Under the pieces are notes generated by a model. It saw nothing but the letters and a program-made list of their open reading frames with translations, made no database searches and was not told where the DNA came from. DNA of 64,000 bases from Eutreptiella sp. 'Long Island Sound 2002'. Its lineage: Eukaryota; Protista; Euglenida. Made by a program: the position numbers and the translations under genes. Of the stretch, positions 12,701 through 26,217 are shown piece by piece (the first letter of the stretch is position 1; every line of letters begins with the position of its first letter). Location: assembly GCA_964036045.1 (NCBI GenBank), contig OZ038379.1, positions 5,704,001 to 5,768,000 of the forward strand, written 5' to 3'.

Positions 12701-13787
12701 GAGGGATAACTGTCCCACGCGCCCCCACCAAAGCACTCCTCTCCAATGGCTTGAGACATGCAGCGTCAACAATTTCCCCCTGAACACCCAAACCAGCGCG
12801 TACACCCGCAAGTACCAACCGGCACATGTACTGAGCCTTTGTGGCAGCCCCCACCTGGTCTCGCCCTCCAGGGCTGAGCCTGACTAGGGGATCTGCCACC
12901 CGTCTACACAGCCATATGCACAGCAGAAGGGGTTCCCAGGGCGACAGTGCACTGGGATCGGCCCGCGAGTTGCAGGCCCTGCTTGCCAGTCGGTGCATCG
13001 GTGCAGGGGGTGCACCCCCTGTGGCTGTGCCGTTTGGCGGCTGTATGTCCGCATGCCGCAAGCTGCACAGGAGGAGGGGAGGGGGGTGCGTGCCTGTAAC
13101 CGAGTGTAAACCTCTGCCGCGCCGGCTCTTCTGCGTTGCCTCCACTATGAGCACTTTGGTTTCCGGGGCACAGGGATGCTGTGGGATGCGTTTTTCAGCG
13201 CTTCCCACTTCATTCCACTGCCTCGCCCCCCGTTTGCACTGGCACCTCAGGGCTGGCCAGCTCTGGGGAGGGGGGGCAGCCAAAGCTGCACATGCAGAGC
13301 GTGCGTGTGAGACTGCTTGTGCCGAAGTGGCGGCTCTTTGCAGTTGTTTGCTGGTCGGGTGCCGGGGGTTCCGTGGAGTGTTTTTTGCAATTGCTCTGTT
13401 GCTTTCACCCTCGGGGGAGCACTTGAGGCGGCATGTGCGGCCGCACTATTAGGGCAACTGGGAGCAGGTGTGCAGGTGCTTCCCCACAGCCCCTGACTTG
13501 AGGTTGGCTGCCGCCGCGACGCCATTACTAGACGCCATCCCCCTGTCTCCTCTTTCCTCGTGTGTGCTGCATCCGGCTTCTTATGTCTTGGGGGGTGTGC
13601 GGTATGTGGCTGGGGTTGGATCTGCCGCCGGCAGGCGAAGCTGGGCTGTTCAGCCACCCACAACCTGCTGTCACTGTACCCTCCCATAGGCCACTCCACC
13701 GCGGTGGGTCGAGTTGAGTGGAATATCAAGCCCATAGCCATGCGCCTTATGATGCGCGGAGCAATGACTCAAATCTGTAGCCGTAAA

Positions 13788-14125
13788 GGGGGGCGTACCG
13801 TGCGCTGTGCGCGCGCTGTGCACGCGCTGTGCGAAAAGTTGGCCGTTCTCCACCACCGGGAGTTTGGTAAGTTCAGAAGATTGGAAGGATGTCATTGAAT
13901 GGCTGCTGCAGTGGACGGGGCTATAGGGGGCAGAATTTAGGTACCTGGGACCCATGGCAAGCATCAGATGTTTGAATTTTCGAGATTTGAATTGGTTGTG
14001 CATGATTCTGCAGGTGGGTGGTTTTCGGGGCTGTTACCTGGATAATCACCGTAATAGTTGGCGCTGTGCGCGCACTGTGCGCGCGCTGTGCCCGCGCTGT
14101 GCGCGCGCTGTGCGAAAACGCCCCC
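13788..14125. mobile_element. Family D MITE (PIF/Harbinger, Tourist-like), copy 1
   Basis: TIRs GGGGGCGT...ACGCCCCC. Near-identical to 17718-18010. Flanks AAA/AAG (imperfect 3-bp TSD). Confidence 0.75.
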
Positions 14126-15054
14126 AAGAAATGCGGTTCCTGAACTCAAAGACATAAATTTCAGACGATGCATGTAATTCCAAAGGCTCACATAGCGCCC
14201 CGTCATGAGACGTTCTGACTTTATGACTGTCTGTAATCCATTGAAACTGCGTGACAGAGTTCTGAGTGTGCTGCTCACGGGTACAAAACCATGCGGACTC
14301 ATGCTGCTGGGTGCAGGCTGTGTTCACCTGAACCATTGATGTGGTGTCCCACATTAGCACGCAGCACCAAACACGTCCAATTCCATTCTGTGGCCTAGTC
14401 TCCAGGAGGTGTCATACGACCAGGGCAGAGATGACACCAGATCAGACCCTCGGCCTTGGGAACCTGTGGTCTCCAGATGTCTGTGGCCATCATAGTAAAA
14501 TGGGTTGGGGAAGCCAGAGCAAGGGCGTCAAGGTGAGCAGGTAGAAGGGTAGAGGAGAGGCAGTGCCGTGGCAGAGGCAAAGGCGGACGAAAACACAGAA
14601 GGAGCGAGGGAGGGCGAGAGGCAGTGGTAAGGTAGAGAGTGGGCTACAGGGTGGGGGTGAGGGAGGGGGGTAGGCACAGGGGGATAGCAGGGGGGGGGGG
14701 GGGGCGAGGGAGAGGCACAGACGAATTGAGGAGAGAGAGAAGGAGCCCCCCCCCCCCCAAGGGCAGCCAGAGGGCTCCCGAGACAAGCCGTGCTATGGCT
14801 GGTCAACATCATATTGGGGACCATACCATTCGCAGTGAGGGGGCAGAGGGGGTGTGCCTGATCTTGCTGAGGGGCTGGTACAAACACGCACGGCCCTGTC
14901 TCCCTCTTGAAGACATGCCCTGTCTCTCTGACAAATGGGTTCAGTGCTTCGCTCCTGAAGAAGTGAGTTTGGGGGGAGGGGGGCCCTTGGAGCCCCTTTT
15001 CAAGACCCCCCCTGCCCCCTTCGGTACGGGGCTCCAAGTGCCAGTTGCCCATAG

Positions 15055-15776
15055 GGGGGCGCCTTTAGCGCAGTGCGCGCGCAGTGCGGGCGCAGTGCAA
15101 CTATTTGGGCGTCTAGCCGTACTGGAGACCCATACTTTGTGATACTAGGGGGCATCATTGTTGCCCCTAGCGTAGGTTTTGATGCTTCTTCCACATTGGG
15201 GATATGGCATTTTTGCTTTTCACCCACTTTCACCCATTTCCGCCCCTTTTCACACTTTTTTGCTCATCCCCACCATGGACTCCCACACTTTGGTGTAGGC
15301 CCTTGAGTTGCGGTGATAGACTCCCTGGTTTTTGCCTGACCACAGTCGAATACCCTATGCGAGGCCGCATCACCGCTGATAAGCATGCGTGGTTGTACCA
15401 CAAGTGGAAACCGGAGTTTGACGTGGATTCCCTCCTACAAGCCACTTTGCCCCCGGGTCCAGTTGAGGATGAGGTGGACACATATGAGGCCTTGGCACTA
15501 GCTGGTAGGGTGAGTGAGCTTTCAAATGCCGCCACTCCGAAGCATTCTGATTTTGTATTTAGTTGACAATTGAACAGAAAAGAGGATATGTGTGTGTCTT
15601 TCCGCATTTTGCATGATGTCTTATGTGAGGGGAAGGTAGCTTGCATTTGTCTTTAGCTAGGGCAGTTTGGGTGACCTGAATTTGGGGGCATTTGGAAGGG
15701 GTGTGCCTTGGGGTTCTTTAGGGAGGACCTACTCTAAAAGTAGCGCGCAGTGCGCGCGCAGTGCAAGGATTCCCCC
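15055..15776. mobile_element. Family C MITE (PIF/Harbinger-like), copy 1
   Basis: GGGGGCGCCTT...AAGGATTCCCCC termini, TAG on both flanks (15052-54, 15777-79), subterminal GCGCAGTGCGCGCGCAGTGC motifs. Both ends are shared with 39610-40307 and 53332-54018. Confidence 0.75.
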
Positions 15777-16899
15777 TAGGGCTGTCTGGGTGTGTGGATC
15801 TGCTGCCTTTGGAGCCCCTTGATTCGCCCTTGCCAGTCAACTTCCAGCAGTAATATTGGGACCTCAACCCTTTACCCAGTGTTCACCAGTTGCTTTCAAG
15901 CTGGGAAATGCAGGGTTGTCCCCGGGAGCCCTTTTGTGATGCCCTCAGGCTGAGAAACTTACCACTGGCCCTTGGCCCTGGTATGGCACCCAGAGGAAGT
16001 AGGTGTGTGGCCCTTGGAGCCCCTTTTTCAACCCTGCTAACTTTAGGGTGGCCCTCAGGGCCCGTCAATTTAAATTGTTAAAGCCCTTCAACTTGCTGCG
16101 TTTTTTCATTGGGTTTGTGTGTGTGTGTGTGTGTTGTTTGCTTGTGCTGGGATTTGATCGCTTTGCGTCATCTACGTGTGTTGTTTGCTATGTACAACGC
16201 CCCCCCCCCCCCCCTGTCGAGCCAGCCAATTTTCGGTGCGCCTTCAAGTCAGTTGCCCAGCTGTGACCAAGAGACCTCACCGGCGCCCCCCCTCCCCCCT
16301 CCATGGCCTGGAGGTAGGGCTCTACAATGCACAGCCACGTACCCCCCCCCCCCCCGCCCTCGGGTGGGGAATCGTCACTTTGACTTTTTTTCTGTATTGG
16401 GTGGTTGTGTTGTGCTCTCTTGGTCTTTCTCTGCTGGTGCCCCCTGTTAGCATTGACAGTCTTGATTGACTGCTCTTCGTAGTCAGACACGATTCAGGCC
16501 CTCTTCCAACAGGGAGGACAAGCCCAAGGCCCAAAGCCAAAGGGGGGGGGGTTTAAAATATTGGATACCATGCGTGGGTTTGGGAACCCTCCTCCCTTTT
16601 TCTGAAATTGCTTCCGAGGGGGTTCAGATGCTTTTTGGATGCCATGGATGCCAACCCCCCATTGCCATACCCTCCAAGGTCACTATTGTTTCCTAGTAGT
16701 ATTGAGTTTTGTGCTACATGTTGCATGATGTCTTCTTGTTTTGTGCGCATCATCACCATCTATTGTTTACACAGGAATTTTTTTCTGGGGGGGTGTTGTT
16801 CACATATTATACTAGGGAAGCCCCATGCAACAGAAACCCCCTTTAAGCCCTGCCCCCTTCCATCCCGCCCCCTTTTTCCCAAATACCCCGGGGGTGGGG

Positions 16900-17276
16900 G
16901 ACGGCCCGGACAGCACATGGAGGAACAGGGCACCTGGGCCGCACAGAAACACAGCGAGGCAGGCTATGGACGGCCTGTGGACAGAGGTGTGTGGACAGCA
17001 AAAGCAGTCAAACGACCCCGGCAACAACCAGCACATCCTCAATACGCCAACTATTGGGCGCCACTGACGCGCAAACGGCACATCCGGCCACATTCAGCAC
17101 AGCCCCAACACACCAGCTACTGGGCTCCGCGAACGCGGAAATGACACCAGCAAGAGCACCGGCCGCAGCGGCCGACAGAAAGCAGCAACCGGATGCACCA
17201 TGCGAAGGGAAGAACGGGTGACTGTCCAGGGCCCCGTAAAGGAGCAACAACCAGACGGAATGTCACACAGGGGGGG
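16900..17276 (+). repeat. Dispersed repeat family A, module Y, just upstream of STT3
   Basis: Near-identical to 4402-4782. Confidence 0.9.
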
Positions 17277-17337
17277 TTTAAGCCTGGGATCAGGTTTTCA
17301 AGAACCCCCCCACCCCACCCCACCCCACCCCTGGTGG

Positions 17338-17367
17338 CGTCCTTCGCCGTCCCTTTGCCCTCTGCAG
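17338..17367 (+). promoter_or_regulatory. Candidate trans-splice (spliced-leader) or cis acceptor upstream of STT3
   Basis: Pyrimidine tract CGTCCTTCGCCGTCCCTTTGCCCTCTGCAG ending 38 nt before ATG 17406. The role is inferred. Confidence 0.4.
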
Positions 17368-17405
17368 ACCGTTTCTGCCTCTGGCCACAAGGGCTTCGGC
17401 GCAGG

Positions 17406-17688
17406 ATGTTGGCTGCAATGCTGGCGAGGTTCGGCAGGACCCTGAAGTTCATGGTCGCGCTCATGTTTCTCACGATGGCCCTGACGAAGGCGTACAGCAT
17501 CCGCCTCTACTCCGTCAAGACGTATGGGCCCCTGATCCATGAGTTTGACCCCTGGTTCAACTACCGCGCCACGGAGTACTTGGCGGAGCACGGGGCCGAC
17601 CGGTTCTTCAAGTGGTTCGACCACATGAGTTGGTACCCCTTGGGCCGCCCGGTGGGTACCACCATCTACCCCGGGATGCAGTTCACAG
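17406..17688 (+). CDS. STT3: STT3 oligosaccharyltransferase catalytic subunit, exon 1 (start codon 17406 or 17418 uncertain)
   Basis: IHEFDPWFNYRATEY and WYPLGRPVGTTIYPGMQFT are hallmark STT3 motifs. Donor G|GTGTGC at 17689. Confidence 0.95.
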
Positions 17689-17717
17689 GTGTGCCCCAGG
17701 CCTGTGCTCGAATGTAA

Positions 17718-18010
17718 GGGGGCGTACCGTGCGCTGTGCGCGCGCTGTGCGAAAAGTTGGCCGTTCTCCACCACCGGGAGTTTGGTAAGTTCAGAAGATT
17801 GGAAGGATGTCATTGAATGGCTGCTGCAGTGGACGGGGCTATAGGGGGCAGAATTTAGGTCCCTGGGACCCATGGCAAGCATCAGATGTTTGAATTTTTG
17901 AGTTTTGAATTGATTGTGCATGATTCCGCAGGTGGGTGGTTTTCGGGGCTGTTACCTGGATAATCACCGTAATAATTGGCGCTGTGCCCGCGCTGTGCGA
18001 AAACGCCCCC
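17718..18010. mobile_element. Family D MITE, copy 2, in STT3 intron 1
   Basis: TIRs GGGGGCGT/ACGCCCCC with a perfect TAA TSD (17715-17, 18011-13), the TWA-type target typical of PIF/Harbinger elements. Confidence 0.85.
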
Positions 18011-19090
18011 TAAGGGGGGCTGACAGGCACGGCCGTTCGTTAGGGTCCTGCGTTTTTTGTTTCTCTCTTGTGGACAGGGATGATGGGTGGCGCCCCCGTT
18101 CGGGGGTAACCGACGGCGGTTGGGGGGGAGCTGTGAGCATTCCATTTTCTCAGTGTGGCGGGGGGCTTGTTTCCCCCCGTCTTTTCTCTGACGACGGCCC
18201 TGGTGATGGGGGACCTAAGGAGCAGACCTTTATACTTCACGCGGGCTGTTATGTATGATCTCTTTGCATTGCCATGACACCGCTTAGTGGAGGGACTGGA
18301 CGTATCAGCAGTAAGCACAGGGAAGAAAACAAGCCGAGCCCTGCAGAAAGTGCTTAAGGGACCACAAAGAAATGCTACTCTCTTCCACCGAGCTGACGAC
18401 CAACGTCAGCCTTGTCCCTGGGTTGCACCTTCACGTGTCTAAATGTTTGAGAATTTTCCCTCAAGTCCAACAACAAGTTCAACAAGTTTCCAAGAATTTC
18501 CAAAAAGTGGAGCGTACAGGAGGGAGTGGGAGAGTGAAGGAGAGAAGCATTGATCGCCTACTTGCACACAGTGCAAGGCACTAGCGGGCGTCTGCAGGGA
18601 AACTGCGGCGATTGGTGACAAGCAACGGGAATCTGCTGCAACTGATCCTGTGCTGACCGGACTCGCGGGCACACATCAGAGCGCGGGTGTGTTGCACGGA
18701 GGGTACTGCTCCGGGGTGTGACAGGCGGGGTCATGGCGTTAGATACCAGGCAACCGGCATTATCGTGACCTCCTGCCGAATGCCAGACTCAATCAGGCTG
18801 TGGGGCGTAAGGCAGGGGAGGGGTTCCATAAAGGCCGCGTAAGTGACTGGGGGTGGGGGAGGGGGCCTTCAGCCGGGAGCAATGTCATGGGATTGACAAC
18901 AAAAAAAATTGAGACTCGATGGATATTGAGCCGCGGAAACGCTGTACCATCAAAGCGTCGGCCATCCGCAGCTCAGCGGCACGCCCCCACAAAACACCCC
19001 CGAGTGCCTTAAACCGGAAGTACCAGACCACTCGCCAGCCGGCGCCGCGGCTCTGCGTGTGGGGCCGGCTGCACGTCGCGCTTCATTCAG

Positions 19091-19627
19091 CCGTTTGGAT
19101 CTGGGAGACCCTGAAAATGGTGCCGAAGTTCAAGGTCAAGCCACCGGACTACATCCGCCAGTCCTTTCCCTTCGTCAAGAACGTGCTCCGCTTCGGCCCC
19201 ATGAGCCTCAACGACGTGTGCGTGTACATCCCCGCGTGGTTCGGCAGCGTGGCGACGCTGGGGGTGTTCCTGCTGACGCACGAGGCGTCCCGGAGCCTGT
19301 CGTGCGCCACGATCGCCGCCCTCGTCATGAGCATCATCCCGGCGCACCTGATGCGGTCCATCGCCGGCGGGTACGACAACGAGTCCATCGCCGTGTCCGC
19401 CATCTGCTTCACGTTCTACCTGTGGGTGCGGTCCCTGCGCACCAAGAACAGCTGGCCGATCGCCGCGCTCGCCGGGCTGTGCTACGTGTACATGGTCGCC
19501 GCCTGGGGCGGGTACATCTTCGTCATCAACATGATCGGGGTGCACGCGGCCGCTCTCGTTCCCCTCCGCATGTTCAACAGCAGCACGTACAAGGCTTACA
19601 CCCTGTTCTTCATCATCGGCACTTTGG
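19091..19627 (+). CDS. STT3: STT3 exon 2
   Basis: TTCAG acceptor. MSLNDVCVYIPAWF, IIPAHLMRSIAGGYDNESIAV, YMVAAWGGYIFVINMIGVH. Donor G|GTGTGT. Confidence 0.97.
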
Positions 19628-20221
19628 GTGTGTCCCGGATCGCCTCGCCCCCCCCCGTTGCGCCCCAAAGTCATACCCCCACGCCCCCAACCCGTATGAA
19701 CCGTTTTGAGGGCTGCAACCGCAATGGGTTCTGGGCTATCAAAGGTCACAGAACATCTAGATTGCCGCAAAATCATGAACACTTGCCGTAAAATCGTGAA
19801 CAAAAGGCCGTAGAATCGTAATGTAGTCTCGACTCGCACATGTCTGCCTGATGCCATCAACAAGCACAGTAGTAGGAACAGGTATCCCCTGAAGTGCCAC
19901 ACGGCACCTGGAGGCTTGGCCAACTGAGACGCCGGCCTTAAGCAAGGCCGGCAGGGCAACGTGGAGTAGTGACCCTACGTGCGTGTGTGTGATGCTTGCC
20001 CTTTGGGTGGACACAACACCGAAGCTTGAGCGCGCACATCGGTGAGAGAGAGGACCGTGGGCACACCAGAGGTAGCATGGGGGGCGCTTACCTGTGAGGC
20101 TTGACCCCCCCCCCCCCATCCCCCACCATCGGGACCCCCCCACCCATACTAGTTAGCACCCGGTTTGAAGTGGCAACTTGGGCGCCAACAGCGCCCGGAG
20201 ATTTTTTTGAGCCCAGAAAAT

Positions 20222-20797
20222 CACCTCGAAGAGAGGTTGTTAGATCAAGCGCAGGCGCGGGCGTCATGTACCCCCCTTTTTTGGGGTCATTCGCGTAGCA
20301 TACCCCAAGGCATGATATTGGATGTCCAACCCCTTGTAAAATCATTATTTTGCCCAATAAGAGCATCCCCCAATGGATTTTTTGATTTTGAGGCCTCTAC
20401 CCCCTTAAACTGGATATCACTTTTTTGAGGGGGGGGTGGGGGTGGGTGGGGGGGGGGGTTCAAAAGTTTTTGCTTAATAGGCTACAAGCAACAGGGCCAG
20501 CGGTCCAACGGTAGCGCAGTCCAGTCCAGCTGTGCAGTCGTAGGTGCGAATCCCGATCTGCTGACTTTTAGCGCCGGCGCCACACGATTGGCGGCCGGCT
20601 GCGTTACCACTCGGGCACTTCTTGGATTGTGGAGAAAGGCCTCGCTGCTGCTTGGGGACGCATCTGCCACTGACAAAAAACCCAAACTGTGTGTATCTGT
20701 CTGACTGCCTGCCTGACTGCCTGCCTGCTGGCTCAGGGACTGATTGGCTGACTGTCAACCTCTCTTCGAGGTGCACTGCCGAAGGCAATAGAATTTT
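20222..20797 (+). mobile_element. Family B element, copy 2, in STT3 intron 2
   Basis: CACCTCGAAGAGAGG (20222-36) and CCTCTCTTCGAGGTG (20759-73), (CTGC/CTGA)n tract, hairpin TGCC-GAA-GGCA, TAGAATTTT end. Confidence 0.65.
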
Positions 20798-21712
20798 GCA
20801 ACACATTTCCCCCCACTTGTTTACATTCAAAATGCTCACAATGAGTTAGGGAGTGCTGTGCCACGCTGCTGGCGGGGATGCCTTTGCTGATTCAGAGGTA
20901 CATCTGTTGGAATACGGTACTGTTTTTCATTTGTTGTGAGTGGTAAAACCAAAGTTCACCCCACTTGTGTATATTCAAAATGCTCAGAATGAAACCGGGA
21001 AATCAAAAACGCCCCCAAAGTGGAGGAAAATTTTCGACCCCCCCTCCCCTTCCGGACCTCCCCCCCCCCGCCCACACCGCGGGGGTTGGGGTCCAGAACT
21101 GCACTGCAGTGCCCCCCATGAGAGGTAGATAGGGAGATAGGTAGAGGCAACGTACGGGAAGAGGGGCTCACAATGTACCCACGTCAATGACGTTGGGTGC
21201 ATGGACTCTGACGGCCTGAGCATCTACGGTCCGCGAACGCTATGCCCTGCTGTAGCCCCGCTCTATGCCTTGACTGTGTCCTGCGGCCCTGCATACATTG
21301 TCCCCCCCCCCCCCGACCCCCGACCCAACCAACACCCCCCAGGAGTCTTCTCCAGCCGGCAAGCGGCGGGTTGCTCTTTTCGGCCATGCCGGTAATGCAT
21401 GGTGTCTTTATCCGACACTGATTGCTGATGTCTGACTGACAGCTACTGACTGTGATTGTCTGACTAATGTAGTCAGACATGATGTTCTGTTTTCTGTTTC
21501 AGACACAGTGTGTGTCTTGAGGTTCAACCAGGTTTGGCATAGAGAATAAAGATGCACTCATGCCTGACTGTGGAGTGCATTACCTCTGGTTTGCATTTGT
21601 CTGTATTTTAATTAGGTCACCCCCCCCGACCCAACCATGTGCGTGCCACCAGGAGCACCAGCCCGCGACCCTCCTCCGGCCCTCGGGTCCTGCCCTCTCC
21701 CCTGCATCTCAG

Positions 21713-22029
21713 GAGCCACGCGCATTCCGGTGGTCGGCTGGACCCCGCTGAAGTCGCTCGAGCAGATGGGCCCCCTGGCGGTGTTCATCGGGTACCAGCT
21801 GCTCGAGTACTGCGACGCCCAGCTCCGCAAGCGCAAGGACGTGACGTGGAAGGAGGCCGCCGCGCTGCGCGTCAAGGTGTTCAGCACCGCCTTCATCGCC
21901 GCGTGCGTCGTGGTCGTCCTGCTGTGGCCCACCGGCTACTTCGGGCCCCTGTCGTCGCGGATCCGGGGGCTGTTCATCAAGCACACGAGGACTGGGAACC
22001 CGCTGGTGGACTCGGTCGCCGAGCATCAG
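21713..22029 (+). CDS. STT3: STT3 exon 3
   Basis: CTCAG acceptor. PVVGWTPLKSLEQMGPL ... TGYFGPLSSRIRGLFIKHTRTGNPLVDSVAEHQ (SVAE motif). Donor CAG|GTGTGC. Confidence 0.97.
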
Positions 22030-23557
22030 GTGTGCCCGGACAAGTCTCTGAGAAGCTTTGTGCGGGTGTCAGGGCAGGCCTCGCTCTCATCACGTCCTCG
22101 ACCGGAGGTCCGAGGAAGTGCGCAAGGGTCACAAAGGGAGGGCGCAAAGGTCACGCGTTTGTCTTTGCAGCACATCCCTGGACTTGTATGGGCATACGGC
22201 CTGGTCCAAGACGTGGTATGAACCCCCCGGGCTTCACGTCCCGTGGCACCTGCGCCGCGCGGATGTCATTCATTCAGAGGTCCGTATGGTGAGGGCGAGG
22301 CCGTTCCTCGCAATTTTCATTCGGGCGCCTGTGGCGCCGAGAACCCACGTACGTTCAGTCTCATGGGACGAGGGTATGGTGATGAGAATGAAGCAAAGCC
22401 GACGTAGGGGAGGAGGGCCGGATCCCCCACCCCCCCCCTCAGGGATCCCCCAACCCACACACGACGGTGATCAACGACGGACAACCGACTTGGTCGCCTT
22501 TGGCCTTTGTGACCGGGGCACAGGATTTCCCCCCCGTTTGTGGTGTATGGAAAACTGGTAAAAGGGGACGTGAGGCCCCCCGGACTTGTGTACATTCAAA
22601 GGGCTCCGAATGAAACGGGGAATTCAAAAAGGCCCCAAGACCCCCCTCAAAAAATTCTGACCCCCCCCCCTCTAGTTCCCCCTGCCCACGCTGCGGGGGT
22701 CCGGAGCTGAACGGAACAGCGCCCCCCCGTCTGCCTCCCCCTTGTGCAACGCCCCCCGCAGACACGGTTCCGCGCCGCCAACCAACACATCGCAATACGG
22801 GTGTGGTGCACCGTCGGGGTGCGAGGTGCGAATTTATGCTGCACCATTCCTGAGAAAACCCGAACAAGTCACGCACCCCCAAGCCCCCGAGTTCAGACTG
22901 AATCTGCGATTCTGCAGCCCTTGGCCCCAATGGGGGTCCCTTTCGGAGCCATTTCTGTTCTTTTGTTTTGGTCTTTTTTTTTTTTTTTTGCTTAAGGACT
23001 CTGACCCCCCCCCCCCCTCTCATAAGAAAAATACCGCGCAACTCCCCCACAACAACAACACATCCCCCCCTACCCACTGCACCCCCAATGACCGGCCACA
23101 ACTACGCTGAAGGGAAGCGCTGAGCGCGCTCGCCGGGACTAGTGCTGAGCGCAGAGTTGAAGATTAATGCCGTTTGGATCCTGAATGTGTTGGTGCCACG
23201 ACCCGCCACCATGGAGAAACAGAAACGGTGGGCCAACACAGCGGCTTGGTGGATCTTCAGGACTTAAGACCCAGACACAGTCAGTGGCGAGAGGCCAGTA
23301 GGCGCCGCCAACAAACCAACACCAAGGCCTTGTGCCAAACCCCCCCCCCCCTCTCCCCCTAACTTCGCGCACCTTCGGGTCAACCGCCAACCATGATCAA
23401 GCGCCAACCGCCGTCGGGAACTGCGGTCCATTGGCTGCCAAGTCCAGACAGGTACCGGAGGCAGTCGTTGCTCCCCCCCCCAACTCGTAAGTGCACCCCT
23501 ACCTGCCCCCGTGTGCCTGTCGTGCGCCCCCCCTGAGCCCCCTGTATGCCCGTTCAG

Positions 23558-23980
23558 GCCGCCAGCTCGGGCTCCTACTGGCAGTACCTGCACTACGCCA
23601 ACGGCCTGTCGAAGCTGGGCTTCCTGCTGTGCTTCCTCAAGTGGACTCCGGCGAGGACCTTCGTGATCGGGTACGGCCTCGTGGCCTCGTATTTCTCGTT
23701 GAAGATGGTCCGGCTCCTGATCATCTGCGGCCCCATCGCGTCCATCTGCACGGGGATCGCGCTGGGGACGCTGCTCGACCTCTGTCTGGCGCAGATCGTG
23801 GAGCTGCCATGGTCCCTCCTCACGGACGCGGAGGACGGGGAGGACGGGGATAAGAAGGAGGGCGACAAGACGAAGGAAGGCCCCGGGTCCCCGGTGACGC
23901 CGACGTCGGAGTCCAAGAAGAAGAAGAAGAAGGACGACGACGAGCCCAAGGCGGAGGAGAAGAAGAAGGGCGCACAGAAG
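23558..23980 (+). CDS. STT3: STT3 exon 4
   Basis: TTCAG acceptor. YFSLKMVRLLIICGPIAS, then a K/D/E-rich loop. Donor AAG|GTAGTG. Confidence 0.93.
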
Positions 23981-24422
23981 GTAGTGCCCCCACAGTCGTT
24001 GTGTCCTGCAAGTCGTGGGTTCGAGTCCAGGTCGGGAGGCGCAGCTTGTGCCCGGGCAAGTGCGTGGCAACCGCGTGGGTGACCCAAGTTCGAATCCCAG
24101 GTGGCGCGCGCTGTGTCGGTTTGTGCGGAGCCTATACACCCCCCAACAGAATAACAGTGCCACTACCAGTTTTCCTGCGCTCTTGTGCGCTGTGCCCAAG
24201 CCGGGCACATGTGATTGGGTGTGTGCGTGCGTGTGTGCGTGCGTATGCGTGTCTAGGTTAGGTTAGGTTTGGTCAAGGTAGGTCAGAAAGGCGCCTGGCC
24301 ACATGACAATTTCATTGTTTTGATTGGCTTGATGAAGTGTTTCTGGAGATTGGCATTGTGCTACTGCCGGGTTCTGTTTTGTCCACACTGCTCGTGGTTG
24401 TCGTGGTTCTGTTTCCCTCACG

Positions 24423-24424
<2 letters not shown>

Positions 24425-24463
<39 letters not shown>

Positions 24464-24471
24464 TGTGTGTG

Positions 24472-24506
<35 letters not shown>

Positions 24507-24509
24507 GTG
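24425..24509 (+). repeat. Interrupted (GT)n microsatellite in STT3 intron 4
   Basis: Seen directly. Confidence 0.95.
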
Positions 24510-25901
24510 CATGCGTGCGTGCGTGCGCAACTGTGCCTCCGAGTGAGTCGATTCCAATCAGTTCCTGATGGATGGCTCTGTTAAACAGGGGAAGTCTGCT
24601 GGAGGTTCCATCCGCACTTTTGTGCACTGTTCTGCTCCTACACTCACGTACCACGTACTATGGGCCGTGGGACTTTGGGTCTTTTACGACAGCGTGTCTG
24701 CTGCTGTCCTGTGGCTCCAGACCTGGGCAAGTCAAATCTCGTGTACGCTGCGTCACCCTTGTGGCCCTGTGTGCGATCGACGGGGTATCCCACCACCTGC
24801 GGTGCGCAGGACCCCAGGCAGTCGAACGCCTGACACACTGGCTCGGGAAAAATGCGCAGTGGGAGGGGGACAGATATGCTGATGCCATCATGCCTCGGTA
24901 TTTCCCAACGTGAAGGTTTCGAGCCCAGCTGGTCGATGATTTCACTCTTTCTGCTCATTCTGGCAGATTGATGACCGCGCGCGCGTGTGTGTGCGCGCGC
25001 GCCTTGCGAATATTGCCGGAACCTTACATGTTAAACCCAGACCTGTGTGTGTGCGGTTGGGTGGGTGCACCCAACACGGTTCGAGCTCCTCTGTGGATCT
25101 ATTGCGGTCAGGTGGAGAGTGATGGTGCACGTTACACGTACGCTGTGCACTCTTTGGCAGACCGAAAGACGTCTGGGGCTGCTCTGCAGTTCCTGGGGAG
25201 GTTTCCCCAACCGCTTGTCTTGCTTTGTTCTTGTTCTGCGGTTCTCAATGTGTGTGCGCACTCGCACGCGCGTGGGTGGGGTCGGCACCCAACACTGCAT
25301 GCAGAACATGGCTCCGCTATGGATAATTTGTGATCTGTGGGGTTTGGGCAGGAGTGCACACATGCCTGTCCTGTATGTCTGTCTGTCAGCCTTTGGTCTT
25401 ACCGGCACAGCCAGTACGCTTGCACACCCCTTCAACTCTGGCGCAGAAAGAATTCGTGTAGCGCTGCTTTGCAGCACCTGAGGAGTTCTCTCCAAGCGCG
25501 TTTCCACCTTTTGTTTGCGTTTCTCGTGGTTCTCATTGCGCGCGCGCGTGCCCTGCACTGCAGCAAGGTGCCGATCCACCGTAGCACAATTATCTAACAC
25601 AATTGGCCTGACGAGCACTGCATAGCCCGCTCGGAGCACCCGCTTCTACTGCCTGTATGCCTGTCGTACGCGCACTCTGCCGTGTGTCTGTGTGCTCATG
25701 CGTGCGTGCGGGGGTGCGGGTGGATCCGTCGGACTGCCATTTGTCGCGTTGGGAAGTCAAACACTTTTTGCTCGGGTGGACAGACCGCCCGTATGACGAT
25801 CGTCGTTGATGCCCCTCCTCAGAGCCTGGACGTAGAAAACCCAGCACTCAGTCGCTTTCTGAGTGCTCATGTGCCATGGCCCGTTCTTCGTCGATCTGCA
25901 G

Positions 25902-26192
25902 GGCAGCAAGAAGAAGGCCGCCTCAATGGCCAACTCTGATGTTCTGAAGGCCTTCGAGGACATCCGCGACCACTACGCCCAGTGGTGGACCTTCCTGAAC
26001 AAGACGGTGCTGCACCGCCGCACGGCGCCGGTGCGCGCCATGGCGGCCATCCTGGTGCTGGCCTTCGTAGCGCAGGTGGGCCGGCGCCCCGCGAAGGACT
26101 TCATTCAGCACGCGACCTCCATGGCCCAGGGCATGTCCTCACCCCAGATTGTCTTCATGTCTCAGGGCCGATACATCGTCGACGATTACAAG
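25902..26192 (+). CDS. STT3: STT3 exon 5
   Basis: TGCAG acceptor, 97 codons ending QGMSSPQIVFMSQGRYIVDDYK. Donor AAG|GTGCGT. Confidence 0.93.
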
Positions 26193-26217
26193 GTGCGTTC
26201 TCACTCCTTTGCCCCGA